Virus genome (UHGV): UHGV-0124909
Reading direction: 5' to 3' (one strand)
Length of the DNA stretch: 23,179 nt
Origin: a virus
A model generated the notes under the pieces. The model was not told where the DNA came from, searched no databases, and saw nothing but the letters and a program-made list of their open reading frames with translations. The translations under genes were made by a program, and so were the position numbers. Positions 7,099 through 16,201 of the stretch are shown piece by piece; the first letter of the stretch is position 1, and each line of letters starts with the position of its first letter.

Positions 7099-7395
7099 AT
7101 GGCACAAGCAAGCTACAGCAAGCCAACACAGCGAGAAATTGATCGCGCTGAAACTGATTTACTCATCAACCTGTCAACGCTTACCCAGCGCGGTCTGGCA
7201 AAGATGATTGGCTGTCATGAATCGAAGATAAGCAGAACGGACTGGAGATTTATTGCTTCGGTCTTGTGTGCTTTCGGAATGGCATCAGACATCAGTCCGA
7301 TTAGCAGGGCTTTTAAGTATGCGCTTGATGAAATCACAAAGAAAAAATCCCCGGCCGCCACCGAGGATTTTAAGCAAATTGATATGCAATTCTGA
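7099..7395 (+). CDS. c1: cII/C1-like transcriptional activator (98 aa)
   Basis: HTH region plus C-terminus KKKSPAATEDFKQIDMQF resembling lambda CII C-terminus KKRPAATERSEQIQMEF; position downstream of cro and nutR. Confidence 0.7.
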   Translation: MAQASYSKPTQREIDRAETDLLINLSTLTQRGLAKMIGCHESKISRTDWRFIASVLCAFGMASDISPISRAFKYALDEITKKKSPAATEDFKQIDMQF

Positions 7396-7574
7396 GGGAA
7401 TTACTGGATCAATCCACAGGAGTAATTATGACAAAACGTCGTAAGAAATACCAGGAAAAGAAGAGATTCGACACCCTGATTCACCTGAGGGATTAGTGGT
7501 AGCCGCAGCAAATAACAGGGCGTTCGCAGAGCGCCTTGTTGGTGTTTACAGACTAGCCAAAGCAGGAGTGAAAC

Positions 7575-8465
7575 ATGGGCGTCGTTAAGTTAGCTGATTA
7601 CAGGCATAACCCTGTACAACATCAGGAGGCATCCAGTATGGGGTATGTCTCTATACATCGCCAGTTTATGGACAGCAGGCTCTATAAGGACTCTCAGGCA
7701 GTACATCTTTGGCTTCACTTAATCCTCAAGGCTAATCACGAATCTACTGTCGTCAATACGGATATCGGTCCGATAACTGTTGATCGCGGTCAGATGATAA
7801 CTGGACGCCCGTCGCTGGTCAGAGAAACATTCATCCCCGACAACAAAGTTCGGAGCTTATTACGGACTTTTGAGTCGAAAGGTATGCTTAATATTTGCTC
7901 GATGGGGAAGAAATTTAGCCTGTTTACAATCGTTAAATATGACGATTTTCAGGCAAAAAATTGTCCAACGGTTGTCCAACAGTTGTCCAACGCAAACACC
8001 AGTAATGGTGCGGCTCTCAGCGGAGATTGTCCAACGGTTGTCCAACGGTTGTCCATAAACAATAATATAAATAATATCTCTAATACTGACGTATTAGAGA
8101 GTGCTACAGCAGACAAAAAGTCTGACAAGAAAAAACCTTCCGTTAGCTGTCAGGATGTTGTCGATGCTTACCACGAAATCCTTCCTGAAGCGCCAAAAAT
8201 CCGCGCACTGAATGACAAGCGTAAAAACCAGATCCGAACGTTCTGGCGCAAAGCCGGAGTGATAACCCGCCAGCTTGACGGGCATGGGTTCACGATGCAG
8301 GACTGGAGAAATTATTTGAGCTACGTAGGCGAAAATTGCCGATGGATGTTCGAAGAGCGCCCAAACCATCAGCGCGGAACCGTCTGGCACAAAAAGGGAT
8401 TTGATTTCCTGCTTAACGATAATACCTACCTGAAAGTTCGTGAGGGTGAACACGATGACCGATAA
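7575..8465 (+). CDS. Replication initiator (lambda O / P22 gene-18 analogue), with internal ori iterons
   Basis: Contains the iteron array (TTGTCCAACGG repeats) followed by an AT-rich stretch; located directly upstream of the helicase gene. Confidence 0.75.
   Translation: MGVVKLADYRHNPVQHQEASSMGYVSIHRQFMDSRLYKDSQAVHLWLHLILKANHESTVVNTDIGPITVDRGQMITGRPSLVRETFIPDNKVRSLLRTFESKGMLNICSMGKKFSLFTIVKYDDFQAKNCPTVVQQLSNANTSNGAALSGDCPTVVQRLSINNNINNISNTDVLESATADKKSDKKKPSVSCQDVVDAYHEILPEAPKIRALNDKRKNQIRTFWRKAGVITRQLDGHGFTMQDWRNYLSYVGENCRWMFEERPNHQRGTVWHKKGFDFLLNDNTYLKVREGEHDDR
7961..8056 (+). repeat. Replication-origin iterons inside the O-like gene
   Basis: Six direct repeats of TTGTCCAACGG (or close variants) in two clusters of three at 11-bp spacing, followed by an AT-rich stretch at 8057-8100. 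Confidence 0.8.
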
Positions 8466-9891
8466 TTTTTATGCGCCGCCCCATAGCATCGAGGCAGAGC
8501 AGGCGGTGATTGGTGGATTGCTTCTGGATGATGACAGCAGTGAGCGCGTCCAGAAAGTTCTGGCGATGCTGAAGCCTGATTCATTTTACAGCCGACCACA
8601 CAAAATCATTTTCGAAGAAATAACCAGAATGCACCGGGAGCAAAAGCCAGTAGATGGCCTGACGCTTTTCGATGAACTGGAGCGTAAATCGTTAACGGCG
8701 TCTGTTGGCGGTTTTGCTTATATCGCTGAGATCGCAAAGAACACGCCAAGCGCCGCAAACATCGTTGCCTATGCAATGCAGGTTCGCGAAACCGCAATGG
8801 AACGCTACGCCATCAACCGCATGACTGAAGCGACGGAATTGCTCTATTCCCGCAACGGAATGACTGCAACGCAGAAGTACGAAGCTATTCAGGCGATTTT
8901 CACGCAACTGACAGACCATGCAAAAACCGGATCGCGTCGCGGCCTTCGCTCATTTGGTGAGGTCATGGAAGACTGGGTTAGCGACCTTGAGAAGCGATTT
9001 GACCCGTCAGGCGAACAACGAGGAATGAGCACAGGGATCCCATCGCTGGACAGGATGCTGTCACCGAAAGGTCTGGTGAAAGGCTCTCTGTTTGTCATTG
9101 GCGCTCGCCCTAAGATGGGGAAAACGACGCTATACAGCCAGATGGCAATCAACTGCGCAGTGCATGAGAAAAAGCCCGCTCTGATGTTCAGCCTTGAAAT
9201 GCCCGGTGACCAGATACTGGAAAAACTGGTAGGACAGAAGTCAGGTGTTAACCCGAATATTTTTTACCTTCCGGCGACAAATGACGCTGATGACGGCTAT
9301 CAGGGTGATTACGATGGTGACTTCAACAGGGCGATCGAAACAGCCAATCGCTTAAGTGAAATCGACCTGCTTTACATCGACGACACGCCGGGATTATCTC
9401 TGGCTCAAATCGTCAGCGAAAGCCGTCGAATCAAGCGAGAAAAAGGATGTGTTGGCATGATTCTGGTCGATTACCTGACACTAATGACCGCTGAAAAGGC
9501 CGATCGCAACGACCTTGCTTACGGCATGATCACCAAAGGACTGAAGAACCTTGCCAAAGAGCTTGATTGCGTTGTTGTGCTTTTGACACAGCTTAACCGC
9601 GCACTGGAAAGCCGAACCAATAAACGCCCATTACCAAGTGACTCGCGAGATACAGGGCAGATTGAACAGGATTGCGATTATTGGGTGGGGATCCATCGGG
9701 AAGGTGCTTTTGATGACAGCGTTCCTCCTGGTGAAACCGAACTAATCCTTCGTCTCAATCGTCATGGCAATACCGGCACGGTGTATTGCATTCAGGCAAA
9801 TGGCGCTATTTATGACACAGACCAACAGTCTGCTGAAATGCGCCGACGTGAACGCGAGGAACCGCAGTCCAAGAAGAAAGGAGGATTCTGA
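8455..9891 (+). CDS. DnaB-family replicative helicase (P22 gene-12-like)
   Basis: N-terminus PPHSIEAEQAVIGGLLLDD (DnaB N-domain); Walker A GARPKMGKTT; Walker B ILVDYLTLM. Start trimmed to the ATG at 8455 with a GAGGGTGA RBS. Confidence 0.85.
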   Translation: MTDNFYAPPHSIEAEQAVIGGLLLDDDSSERVQKVLAMLKPDSFYSRPHKIIFEEITRMHREQKPVDGLTLFDELERKSLTASVGGFAYIAEIAKNTPSAANIVAYAMQVRETAMERYAINRMTEATELLYSRNGMTATQKYEAIQAIFTQLTDHAKTGSRRGLRSFGEVMEDWVSDLEKRFDPSGEQRGMSTGIPSLDRMLSPKGLVKGSLFVIGARPKMGKTTLYSQMAINCAVHEKKPALMFSLEMPGDQILEKLVGQKSGVNPNIFYLPATNDADDGYQGDYDGDFNRAIETANRLSEIDLLYIDDTPGLSLAQIVSESRRIKREKGCVGMILVDYLTLMTAEKADRNDLAYGMITKGLKNLAKELDCVVVLLTQLNRALESRTNKRPLPSDSRDTGQIEQDCDYWVGIHREGAFDDSVPPGETELILRLNRHGNTGTVYCIQANGAIYDTDQQSAEMRRREREEPQSKKKGGF

Positions 9892-9974
9892 TGACCATCT
9901 ACATCACTGAGCTAATAACAGGCCTGCTGGTAATCGCAGGCCTTTTTATTTGGGGGAGAGTAAATCGTGGTTGA
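9891..9974 (+). CDS. Putative tiny hydrophobic peptide (27 aa)
   Basis: MTIYITELITGLLVIAGLFIWGRVNRG; its ATG overlaps the helicase stop (TGATG). Speculative. Confidence 0.2.
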   Translation: MTIYITELITGLLVIAGLFIWGRVNRG

Positions 9975-10173
9975 GTTGATTTTCTCTGCATTGAGGATTC
10001 TCGGTGCTATGTGGATGGTGGCGACGTTCATTGTGGTTGCCAGCAGTTTTGTCCGGTTGGTAGGCGAAGGTAAAGACCTGGTTGGTGTGCTTTTCGGTAG
10101 CATTTTCCTGTGGGTGATTATCGGTGTTATGCCTGTTGTCGTAGCAAAAGTGGCGTGGCGTTTTGTTAGTTGA
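9967..10173 (+). CDS. Small membrane protein (68 aa, GTG start, two predicted TM helices)
   Basis: Strongly hydrophobic ORF MVELIFSALRILGAMWMVATFIVVASSFV...; between the helicase and ninB. Confidence 0.3.
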   Translation: MVELIFSALRILGAMWMVATFIVVASSFVRLVGEGKDLVGVLFGSIFLWVIIGVMPVVVAKVAWRFVS

Positions 10174-10180
10174 GGTGACA

Positions 10181-10591
10181 ATGAAGCAAACAATCTTCCT
10201 CCGAACTAAGCAACAACAGCAAGCCGCAATAAATGCCATCCTCGCAACACCACTCGATAAAGACAAGCCAGTCACCATCCGCATTACTGACTACAAGCGC
10301 AACCTTGACCAGAACGCAAAATTTCACGTGATGCTAGCGGATATCGCTCGTCAGGTTCAATGGTGCGGAAAATGGTTAAAACCAGAACAATGGAAGGTTT
10401 TGTTGATTAGCGGTCATGCAGTGGCAACAAAGCAGGAAGCTGATGTTTTGCCCGGCCTTGAAGGCGAATACGTCAACATTCGCGAAAGTAGCGCGCAGAT
10501 GAGTGTGAAGCGTATGGCAAGTCTGATTGAGTACACGACAGCATGGGCTATTGGTCAGGGCGTCAGATTTACCGACAGGAGGTACGAATGA
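10181..10591 (+). CDS. ninB: NinB (Orf family recombination mediator)
   Basis: ATG at 10181 with GAGGTGA RBS; sequence resembles lambda NinB (…DQN.K...L.D..RQV.W.G.WL…); first gene of the nin region. Confidence 0.7.
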   Translation: MKQTIFLRTKQQQQAAINAILATPLDKDKPVTIRITDYKRNLDQNAKFHVMLADIARQVQWCGKWLKPEQWKVLLISGHAVATKQEADVLPGLEGEYVNIRESSAQMSVKRMASLIEYTTAWAIGQGVRFTDRRYE

Positions 10592-10764
10592 GACGACAGC
10601 GACGAAGTATCACCGACATAATCTGCGAAAACTGCAAATACCTTCCAACGAAACGCTCCAGAAATAAACCCAAGCCAATCCCGAAAGAATCTGACGTAAA
10701 AACCTTCAACTACACGGCTCACCTGTGGGATATCCGGTGGCTAAGACATCGTGCGAGGAAATGA
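10588..10764 (+). CDS. ninE: NinE
   Basis: [58 protein letters not shown] is near-identical to remembered lambda NinE; ATGA overlap with ninB. Confidence 0.7.
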   Translation: MRRQRRSITDIICENCKYLPTKRSRNKPKPIPKESDVKTFNYTAHLWDIRWLRHRARK

Positions 10765-11168
10765 CAATGCTTTTAATTCAACCTGGATTTGGCCTTAGCA
10801 TCCAAAAAGGCCACATGTTTGGCGAGAAAGAGTCACAACGAAAAATGGTGTCTATCCGGTTGCCATTTATCAGTATTTATTGGCTAAACAGGGAGGCAAC
10901 AAATTATTGGTATACATGCGCCAGAGCAGCATTTAACGACCCTGACTGGTTTGTTAAAAACCACCACGCAGTTCGTCAGGCAAAGAGAAAGGCCAACATG
11001 ACATACATGAAGGCGTATCAAAAAGCATGGAAAGAACACCGCGATCGATACCAACAAGACATGGAAAAGCTTGAATCAGAAAACATGGAATTAAGACGAA
11101 AGCTCGGTGAAGCAAAACGAGACATTGATGCTTACAAGCGACTTTTTAATGGTGAAAGCCATGCTTAG
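10761..11168 (+). CDS. Hypothetical nin-region protein (NinX position), C-terminal coiled coil
   Basis: ORF inserted between ninE and ninF (adjacent in lambda); ATGA overlap with ninE; C-terminus [27 protein letters not shown]. Confidence 0.5.
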   Translation: MTMLLIQPGFGLSIQKGHMFGEKESQRKMVSIRLPFISIYWLNREATNYWYTCARAAFNDPDWFVKNHHAVRQAKRKANMTYMKAYQKAWKEHRDRYQQDMEKLESENMELRRKLGEAKRDIDAYKRLFNGESHA

Positions 11169-11337
11169 CCCATCCCAAACCCTTCAATACCAGAAAGAAA
11201 GCGTCGAGCGAGCTTTAACGTGCGCTAACTGCGGTCAGAAGCTGCATGTGCTGGAAGTTCACGTGTGTGAGCACTGCTGCGCAGAACTGATGAGCGATCC
11301 GAATAGCTCAATGTACGAGGAAGAAGACGATGAGTGA
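11161..11337 (+). CDS. ninF: NinF
   Basis: [58 protein letters not shown] matches remembered lambda NinF (CxxC...CxxCC). Confidence 0.65.
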   Translation: MLSPSQTLQYQKESVERALTCANCGQKLHVLEVHVCEHCCAELMSDPNSSMYEEEDDE

Positions 11338-11599
11338 TTTCTCTGAGCTTATTTCCTTCAAAAAAGACAGAGAAGAAATGCGGACTGAATCTGTCTATTA
11401 CGTTCAACACCGGAATAAACGCTCGGTGCTTGATCAGGAGTTGGTTATTACCGGAGACCTGGCATTCAGAACATATAAGGCCAGCATGGAAATGAAGGAT
11501 TTCCCTAAATGTGGTTCTGAAAGAGAAGCCGCGTTAAAGCTGGCTGAGTGGATGCAGAGAATGGCTGCTGCAATTGAGAATTACTGGAGTGAACCATAA
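11330..11599 (+). CDS. Hypothetical nin-region protein (89 aa)
   Basis: Translationally coupled on both sides (8-nt overlap with ninF, TAATG with the next gene); occupies the position where lambda has ninG. Confidence 0.5.
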   Translation: MSDFSELISFKKDREEMRTESVYYVQHRNKRSVLDQELVITGDLAFRTYKASMEMKDFPKCGSEREAALKLAEWMQRMAAAIENYWSEP

Positions 11600-11889
11600 T
11601 GGCTAACCTACGCAAAGAAGCGCGCGGCAGAGAATGCCAGGTACGTATTTACGGCGTATGCAATGGCAATCCTGAAACTACAGTTCTGGCACATTACCGG
11701 ATGGCTGGAATTTGCGGAACTGGAATGAAGCCTGACGACCTGATCGGCGCATGGGCTTGTAGCGCGTGTCACGATGAAATCGACCGACGCACCCATAATC
11801 TCGACAACAAAGACGCCAGACTTTACCACCTCGAAGGCGTGATCAGGACGCAGGCGATACTGCTGAAGGAGGGGAAGATTAAGTCATGA
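11599..11889 (+). CDS. YbcO-like (DUF1364) putative zinc-binding nuclease
   Basis: MANLRKEARGRECQVRIYGVCNGNPETTVLAHYR...CSACHDEIDRR matches my recollection of the DLP12 prophage YbcO protein. Confidence 0.6.
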   Translation: MANLRKEARGRECQVRIYGVCNGNPETTVLAHYRMAGICGTGMKPDDLIGAWACSACHDEIDRRTHNLDNKDARLYHLEGVIRTQAILLKEGKIKS

Positions 11890-12281
11890 AAACCTACCGA
11901 ATAAAATTGCCGTGGCCTCCTTCAAACAACCGATATTGGCGACACTCAAGAGGGATCCACTACATCAGCGACTGGGGGAAGAGATACCAAGAAGAAGTAA
12001 TCGAATTAATCCAGCAACAACAGCTAGACATCAAAATCACACCTCGCATCAGAATAACCATCCACGCAGCACCTCCCGATAACCGCAAACGAGATTTGGA
12101 CAATCTGCCAAAAGCCGTTTTTGACGCACTCACCAGTGCGGGCTTCTGGCTGGATGACGGTCAGATAGACGATATGCGCGTCATTCGCTATCAGGCGATT
12201 AAAGGTGGAATGCTTTTGTTGGTTGTGACTGAAACATGCGGCAGTTTGCCAATGATTACAGAGCTACTGGAGGCCGCATGA
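11886..12281 (+). CDS. rusA: RusA Holliday-junction resolvase
   Basis: LPWPPSNNRYWRH...RKRDLDNLPKAVFDALTSAGFWLDDGQIDD: conserved RusA motifs with catalytic acidic residues; ATGA coupling. Confidence 0.8.
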   Translation: MKTYRIKLPWPPSNNRYWRHSRGIHYISDWGKRYQEEVIELIQQQQLDIKITPRIRITIHAAPPDNRKRDLDNLPKAVFDALTSAGFWLDDGQIDDMRVIRYQAIKGGMLLLVVTETCGSLPMITELLEAA

Positions 12282-12484
12282 CGTTCTCAGTAAAAACCAT
12301 TCCAGACATGCTCGTTGAAGCATACGGAAACCAGACAGAAGTAGCACGCAGACTGAAATGTAGTCGCGGCACGGTCAGAAAATACGTTGATGATAAAGAC
12401 GGGAAAATGCACGCCATCGTCAACGACGTTCTTATGGTTCATCGCGGATGGAGTGAAAGAGATGCGCTATTACGAAAGAATTGA
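12278..12484 (+). CDS. ninH: NinH
   Basis: [68 protein letters not shown] matches remembered lambda NinH. Confidence 0.65.
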   Translation: MTFSVKTIPDMLVEAYGNQTEVARRLKCSRGTVRKYVDDKDGKMHAIVNDVLMVHRGWSERDALLRKN

Positions 12485-13127
12485 TGGCAGCAAATACCGA
12501 AATATTTGGGTAGTTGGCGATCTGCACGGATGCTACACGAACATGATGAAAAAACTGGAGACGATAGGATTCGACACCAAAAAAGACCTGCTTATCTCGG
12601 TTGGCGATTTGGTTGATCGCGGTACAGAGAACGTCGAATGTATGGAATTAATCACATTCCCCTGGTTCAGAGCTGTACGTGGAAACCATGAGCAAATGAT
12701 GATTGATGGCTTATCAGAGCGTGGAAACGTTAATCACTGGCTGCTTAATGGCGGTGGCTGGTTCTTTAATCTCGATTACGACAAAGAAATTCTGGCTAAA
12801 GCTCTTGCCCATAAAGCAGAAGAACTTCCGTTAATCATCGAACTGGTGAGCAAAGGTAAAAAATATGTCATCTGCCACGCCGATTATCCTTGTGACGAAT
12901 ACGAATTTGGAAAGCCAGTTGATCCTCAGCAGGTAATCTGGAACCGCGAACGAATCAGTAACTCACAAGACGGGATCGTGAAAGAAATCAAAGGCGCGGA
13001 CACGTTCATCTTTGGTCATACGCCAGCAGTGAAACCACTTAAATTTGCCAACCAAATGTATATCGATACCGGCGCAGTGTTCTGCGGAAACCTCACATTG
13101 ATTCAGGTACAGGGAGAAGGCGCATGA
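12462..13127 (+). CDS. Ser/Thr protein phosphatase (lambda PPase / NinI family)
   Basis: Metallophosphoesterase motifs GDLHGCY, GDLVDRG, GNHE; matches remembered lambda phosphatase; 23-nt overlap with ninH as in lambda. Confidence 0.8.
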   Translation: MRYYERIDGSKYRNIWVVGDLHGCYTNMMKKLETIGFDTKKDLLISVGDLVDRGTENVECMELITFPWFRAVRGNHEQMMIDGLSERGNVNHWLLNGGGWFFNLDYDKEILAKALAHKAEELPLIIELVSKGKKYVICHADYPCDEYEFGKPVDPQQVIWNRERISNSQDGIVKEIKGADTFIFGHTPAVKPLKFANQMYIDTGAVFCGNLTLIQVQGEGA

Positions 13128-13747
13128 GACTCGAAAGCGTAGCTAAATTTCATTCGCCAAAAAGCCCGATGATGAGCGACTCACCACGGGCCACGGCTTC
13201 TGACTCTCTTTCCGGTACTGATGTGATGGCTGCTATGGGGATGGCGCAATCACAAGCCGGATTCGGAATGGCTGCATTCTGCGGTAAGCATGAACTCAGC
13301 CAGAACGACAAACAAAAGGCTATCAACTATCTGATGCAATTTGCACACAAGGTATCGGGGAAATACCGTGGCGTGGCAAAGCTTGAAGGAAATACTAAGG
13401 CAAAGGTACTGCAAGTGCTCGCAACATTCGCTTATGCGGATTATTGCCGTAGTGCCGCTACGCCGGGCGCAAGGTGCAGAGATTGCCACGGTACAGGCCG
13501 TGCGGTAGATATAGCAAAAACAGAGCAGTGGGGGAGAGTTGTTGAGAAAGAGTGCGGAAGATGCAAAGGCGTCGGCTATTCCAGGATGCCAGCAAGCGCC
13601 GCATATCGCGCTGTAACGATGCTAATCCCAAACCTTACCCAACCCACCTGGTCACGCACTGTTAAGCCGCTGTATGACGCTCTGGTGGTGCAATGCCACA
13701 AAGAAGAGTCAATCGCAGACAACATTTTGAATGCGGTCACACGTTAG
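13124..13747 (+). CDS. Q: Late-gene antiterminator Q (lambda-type)
   Basis: 207-aa protein [19 protein letters not shown]... with zinc-finger cysteines (CRDCHGTG...CGRCKG); immediately upstream of the PR' promoter. Confidence 0.85.
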   Translation: MRLESVAKFHSPKSPMMSDSPRATASDSLSGTDVMAAMGMAQSQAGFGMAAFCGKHELSQNDKQKAINYLMQFAHKVSGKYRGVAKLEGNTKAKVLQVLATFAYADYCRSAATPGARCRDCHGTGRAVDIAKTEQWGRVVEKECGRCKGVGYSRMPASAAYRAVTMLIPNLTQPTWSRTVKPLYDALVVQCHKEESIADNILNAVTR

Positions 13748-13789
13748 CAGCATGATTACCACGGATGGCAACATATTAACGGCATGATA

Positions 13790-13818
13790 TTGACTTTTTG
13801 AATAAAGTTGGGTAAATT
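13790..13818 (+). promoter_or_regulatory. Late promoter PR' (Q-utilisation region)
   Basis: -35 TTGACT and -10 TAAATT with a 17-bp spacer, matching the lambda PR' hexamers as I recall them, directly downstream of Q. Confidence 0.75.
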
Positions 13819-13852
13819 TGACCCAACGATGGATAAATGCACTCGTTAAATA

Positions 13853-13885
13853 AAGCCCTGAGTTAATATCTCGGGGCTTTTTGCG
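13853..13885 (+). terminator. tR'-like intrinsic terminator (target of Q antitermination)
   Basis: AAGCCCTGAG-TTAATAT-CTCGGGGCTT (10-bp stem with one G.U) followed by TTTTGCGTTTT; only about 35 nt downstream of the PR' -10. Confidence 0.75.
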
Positions 13886-14180
13886 TTTTAAGCACGGCCT
13901 TTCTGAAAGCACATCAAACCAAATACCAGACAGACAAAAATAATCACCTTATCCGCTGTGGCTACGGTGCGGTGTGCTTTGCATAAAAGAAAACCAGCGC
14001 AATGGCTGGCTTCGTGAAAGCGGGTGGCATGAGGTTGCCCTAACAACCTCCTGCCGTTTTGCCCGTGCATATCGGTCACGAACAAATCTGATTACTAAAC
14101 ACAGTAGCCTGGATTTGTTCTATCAGTAATCGACCTTATTCCTAATTAAATAGAGCAAATCCCCTTATTGGGGGTAAGAC

Positions 14181-14504
14181 ATGAAGATGCCAGAAAAAAA
14201 TGACCTGTTAGCCGCCATTCTCGCGGCAAAGGAACAAGGCATCGGGGCAATCCTTGCGTTTGCAATGGCGTACCTTCGCGGCAGATATAATGGCGGTGCG
14301 TTTACAAAAACAGTAATCGACGCAACGATGTGCGCCATTATCGCCTGGTTCATTCGTGACCTTCTCGACTTCGCCGGACTAAGTAGCAATCTCGCTTATA
14401 TAACGAGCGTGTTCATCGGCTACATCGGTACTGACTCGATTGGTTCGCTTATCAAACGCTTCGCTGCTAAAAAAGCCGGAGTAGAAGATGGTGGAAATCA
14501 ATAA
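14181..14504 (+). CDS. S: Holin, lambda S type (class I), with dual start
   Basis: [22 protein letters not shown]... 107 aa; Met1-Lys2-Met3 dual-start motif preceded by a CCCC-TTATT-GGGGG hairpin. Confidence 0.85.
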   Translation: MKMPEKNDLLAAILAAKEQGIGAILAFAMAYLRGRYNGGAFTKTVIDATMCAIIAWFIRDLLDFAGLSSNLAYITSVFIGYIGTDSIGSLIKRFAAKKAGVEDGGNQ

Positions 14505-14964
14505 TCAACGTAAGGCGTTCCTCGATATGCTGGCATGGTCAGAGGGAACTGATAACGGACGGCAGAAAACCAGAAATCATGGTTATGACGTCATTGTAGG
14601 AGGAGAGCTATTCACTGATTACTCCGATCACCCTCGCAAACTTGTCACGCTAAACCCCAAACTCAAATCAACAGCCGCCGGACGCTATCAGCTTCTTTCC
14701 CGTTGGTGGGATGCTTACCGTAAACAGCTTGGACTGAAAGATTTCTCTCCGAAAAGTCAGGACGCTGTAGCTCTGCAGCAGATTAAAGAGCGTGGTGCTT
14801 TACCGATGATTGACCGCGGCAGTATTCGTCAGGCAATCGACCGTTGCAGCAATATCTGGGCGTCGTTACCTGGTGCAGGTTACGGTCAGTATGAACATAA
14901 AATCGGTGACCTGATTGCCCGATTTAAAAAAGCTGGTGGGGTAGTAAATGAAGCTGAGATATAA
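14488..14964 (+). CDS. R: Endolysin, lambda R-type lytic transglycosylase (158 aa)
   Basis: [51 protein letters not shown]... catalytic Glu in the AWSEGT motif; overlaps the holin end. Confidence 0.9.
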   Translation: MVEINNQRKAFLDMLAWSEGTDNGRQKTRNHGYDVIVGGELFTDYSDHPRKLVTLNPKLKSTAAGRYQLLSRWWDAYRKQLGLKDFSPKSQDAVALQQIKERGALPMIDRGSIRQAIDRCSNIWASLPGAGYGQYEHKIGDLIARFKKAGGVVNEAEI

Positions 14965-15340
14965 GCTGGTTATTGTTGCCTTCGTTGTTACCGTCATTGG
15001 TTCCTTCATCTGGTCTGCTGGGCATTACTACAGCAAATATCAGCACGAAAAGGAGCGTGCTGATGAGGCTGTACGAAATGCTGAATCAGCAACTGCCATT
15101 ACCCGTAACGTTCTGCAATCACTGCAAATCATCAATACAGTTATAGAGGCTAACCAGCATGCAAAAGAGCAGATCGCACTGGACGCATCGGGAGCCTCGG
15201 CTGATATCCGGGTTGCTGTTGCGAATGATGATTGCACTAATCGCCCTGTCCCTGCTGGCGCAGTTAAGCGGCTGCAACAATTCGCGAACGGTCTACGTCA
15301 AAGTGCCGGTAGTCCCGTTACCGGCCAGCCTGACGGCTGA
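14948..15340 (+). CDS. Rz-like inner-membrane spanin (i-spanin)
   Basis: N-terminal TM helix LVIVAFVVTVIGSFIW followed by a charged helical region; follows the endolysin; contains the o-spanin start in another frame. Confidence 0.6.
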   Translation: MKLRYKLVIVAFVVTVIGSFIWSAGHYYSKYQHEKERADEAVRNAESATAITRNVLQSLQIINTVIEANQHAKEQIALDASGASADIRVAVANDDCTNRPVPAGAVKRLQQFANGLRQSAGSPVTGQPDG

Positions 15341-15482
15341 CACCCCGCAACCGGAAATCCCTGACAACCTGACGTGGGGCCAGAGCCTAGATTTAAACGT
15401 CAGTCTCCTATCAGCGCTTGGGCAGTGCAACCGGGATAAGGCAGATATTAGGCAAGCTGTAAAGAAACAAGCGGGCCAATAA
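15159..15482 (+). CDS. Rz1-like outer-membrane lipoprotein spanin (o-spanin), overlapped architecture
   Basis: Lipobox LAQLSGC followed by a Pro-rich mature region (VPVVPLPASLTADTPQPEIP); starts inside Rz in another frame and extends past it. True start may be the ATG at 15225. Confidence 0.5.
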   Translation: MQKSRSHWTHREPRLISGLLLRMMIALIALSLLAQLSGCNNSRTVYVKVPVVPLPASLTADTPQPEIPDNLTWGQSLDLNVSLLSALGQCNRDKADIRQAVKKQAGQ

Positions 15483-15509
15483 GCCCGCACTTATGGAGGA
15501 TTCAAAATG

Positions 15510-16190
15510 TTACAGAACCCACCACCTGATCGAATCTGTGGGTATGGTTGCAGCCTCGACATTCTGGATCATACCCAACTCGGTGGCCCTTCCCGGATCA
15601 ATGATGGTTGCAGAAGTGATCAAATTAGCCCAGTCAATTTGCTCATCTGGGGCTACAGCGAGAGCCTCGATATTCATCACCTGCACAAATCTTTGCAAGT
15701 CGTCATCCAGACATGCCGCCCATTCCCTAAGCCTGAGGTGATCTGCTTGTGGGGCGGCAAATCCCCAATGTAAAGGATGTAATAAAAATCGCGAGAGAGG
15801 ATTAGCAAACCGCTCAGATCCAGCCATGAAAATAACATTTGCTATAGATTCCACGTTACTAAGGTTATGTGTCTTCACCTTTACAGGAAGAGACTTAAGA
15901 AAGTTGTATGCGGTAAAACCTGCAACGGTATCTCCACCTTTACTAGAGATGTAAATCCTGATCTCAGAGGCTGGTTGGTTAGGGCTTGATATCGCTTTGA
16001 GGCAAACATCCATAAGGCTGGATACAGAAGCAACTGTCACATCTGTCATGAAGTGTACGGTATGGATCATTTCAGTTTCCCAGAGATATGCCGCAATTGG
16101 CATTTTCATAATGCACATAAAGTGAAAGGTTTTCTGCGTAAACCCGGATGAAATAATTTCATGAAGTAAGGCATTACAGAAGCCCTTCAT
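15510..16190 (-). CDS. ClpP-fold (S14-like) putative serine protease, moron gene
   Basis: IRIYISSKGGDTVAGFTAYNFL resembles the ClpP core motif IYLYINSPGG.V.AG.AIYD; candidate Ser in NVESIAN and His in LLHPLH. Opposite strand to the late operon and AT-rich. The first ATG lies in a hairpin loop with no RBS, so the real start may be downstream. Confidence 0.5.
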   Translation of the reverse strand: MKGFCNALLHEIISSGFTQKTFHFMCIMKMPIAAYLWETEMIHTVHFMTDVTVASVSSLMDVCLKAISSPNQPASEIRIYISSKGGDTVAGFTAYNFLKSLPVKVKTHNLSNVESIANVIFMAGSERFANPLSRFLLHPLHWGFAAPQADHLRLREWAACLDDDLQRFVQVMNIEALAVAPDEQIDWANLITSATIIDPGRATELGMIQNVEAATIPTDSIRWWVL

Positions 16191-16201
16191 TGAGGGGCTT
16201 C
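16179..16201. other. Stem-loop 1 (GAAGCCC-TTCATTGAG-GGGCTTC) covering the first ATG of the ClpP-like gene
   Basis: 7-bp perfect inverted repeat with a 9-nt loop; no T-run follows on either strand. Confidence 0.6.

Noticed and set aside
7428-7496. Tiny ORF (MTKRRKKYQEKKRFDTLIHLRD) between cII and the initiator gene
   Set aside because: Only 22 codons and no clear RBS; the region more likely holds regulatory RNA structure, including a weak hairpin at about 7523-7545.
13888-14085. Minus-strand 65-aa ORF between tR' and the holin gene
   Set aside because: Lies in the non-coding late leader, which matches the remembered lambda leader; antisense to late transcription and has no RBS.
15493-15773. 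Plus-strand ORFs of 82 and 88 aa overlapping the 3' end of the ClpP-like gene
   Set aside because: Antisense to the longer minus-strand ORF that carries the protease-like motifs.
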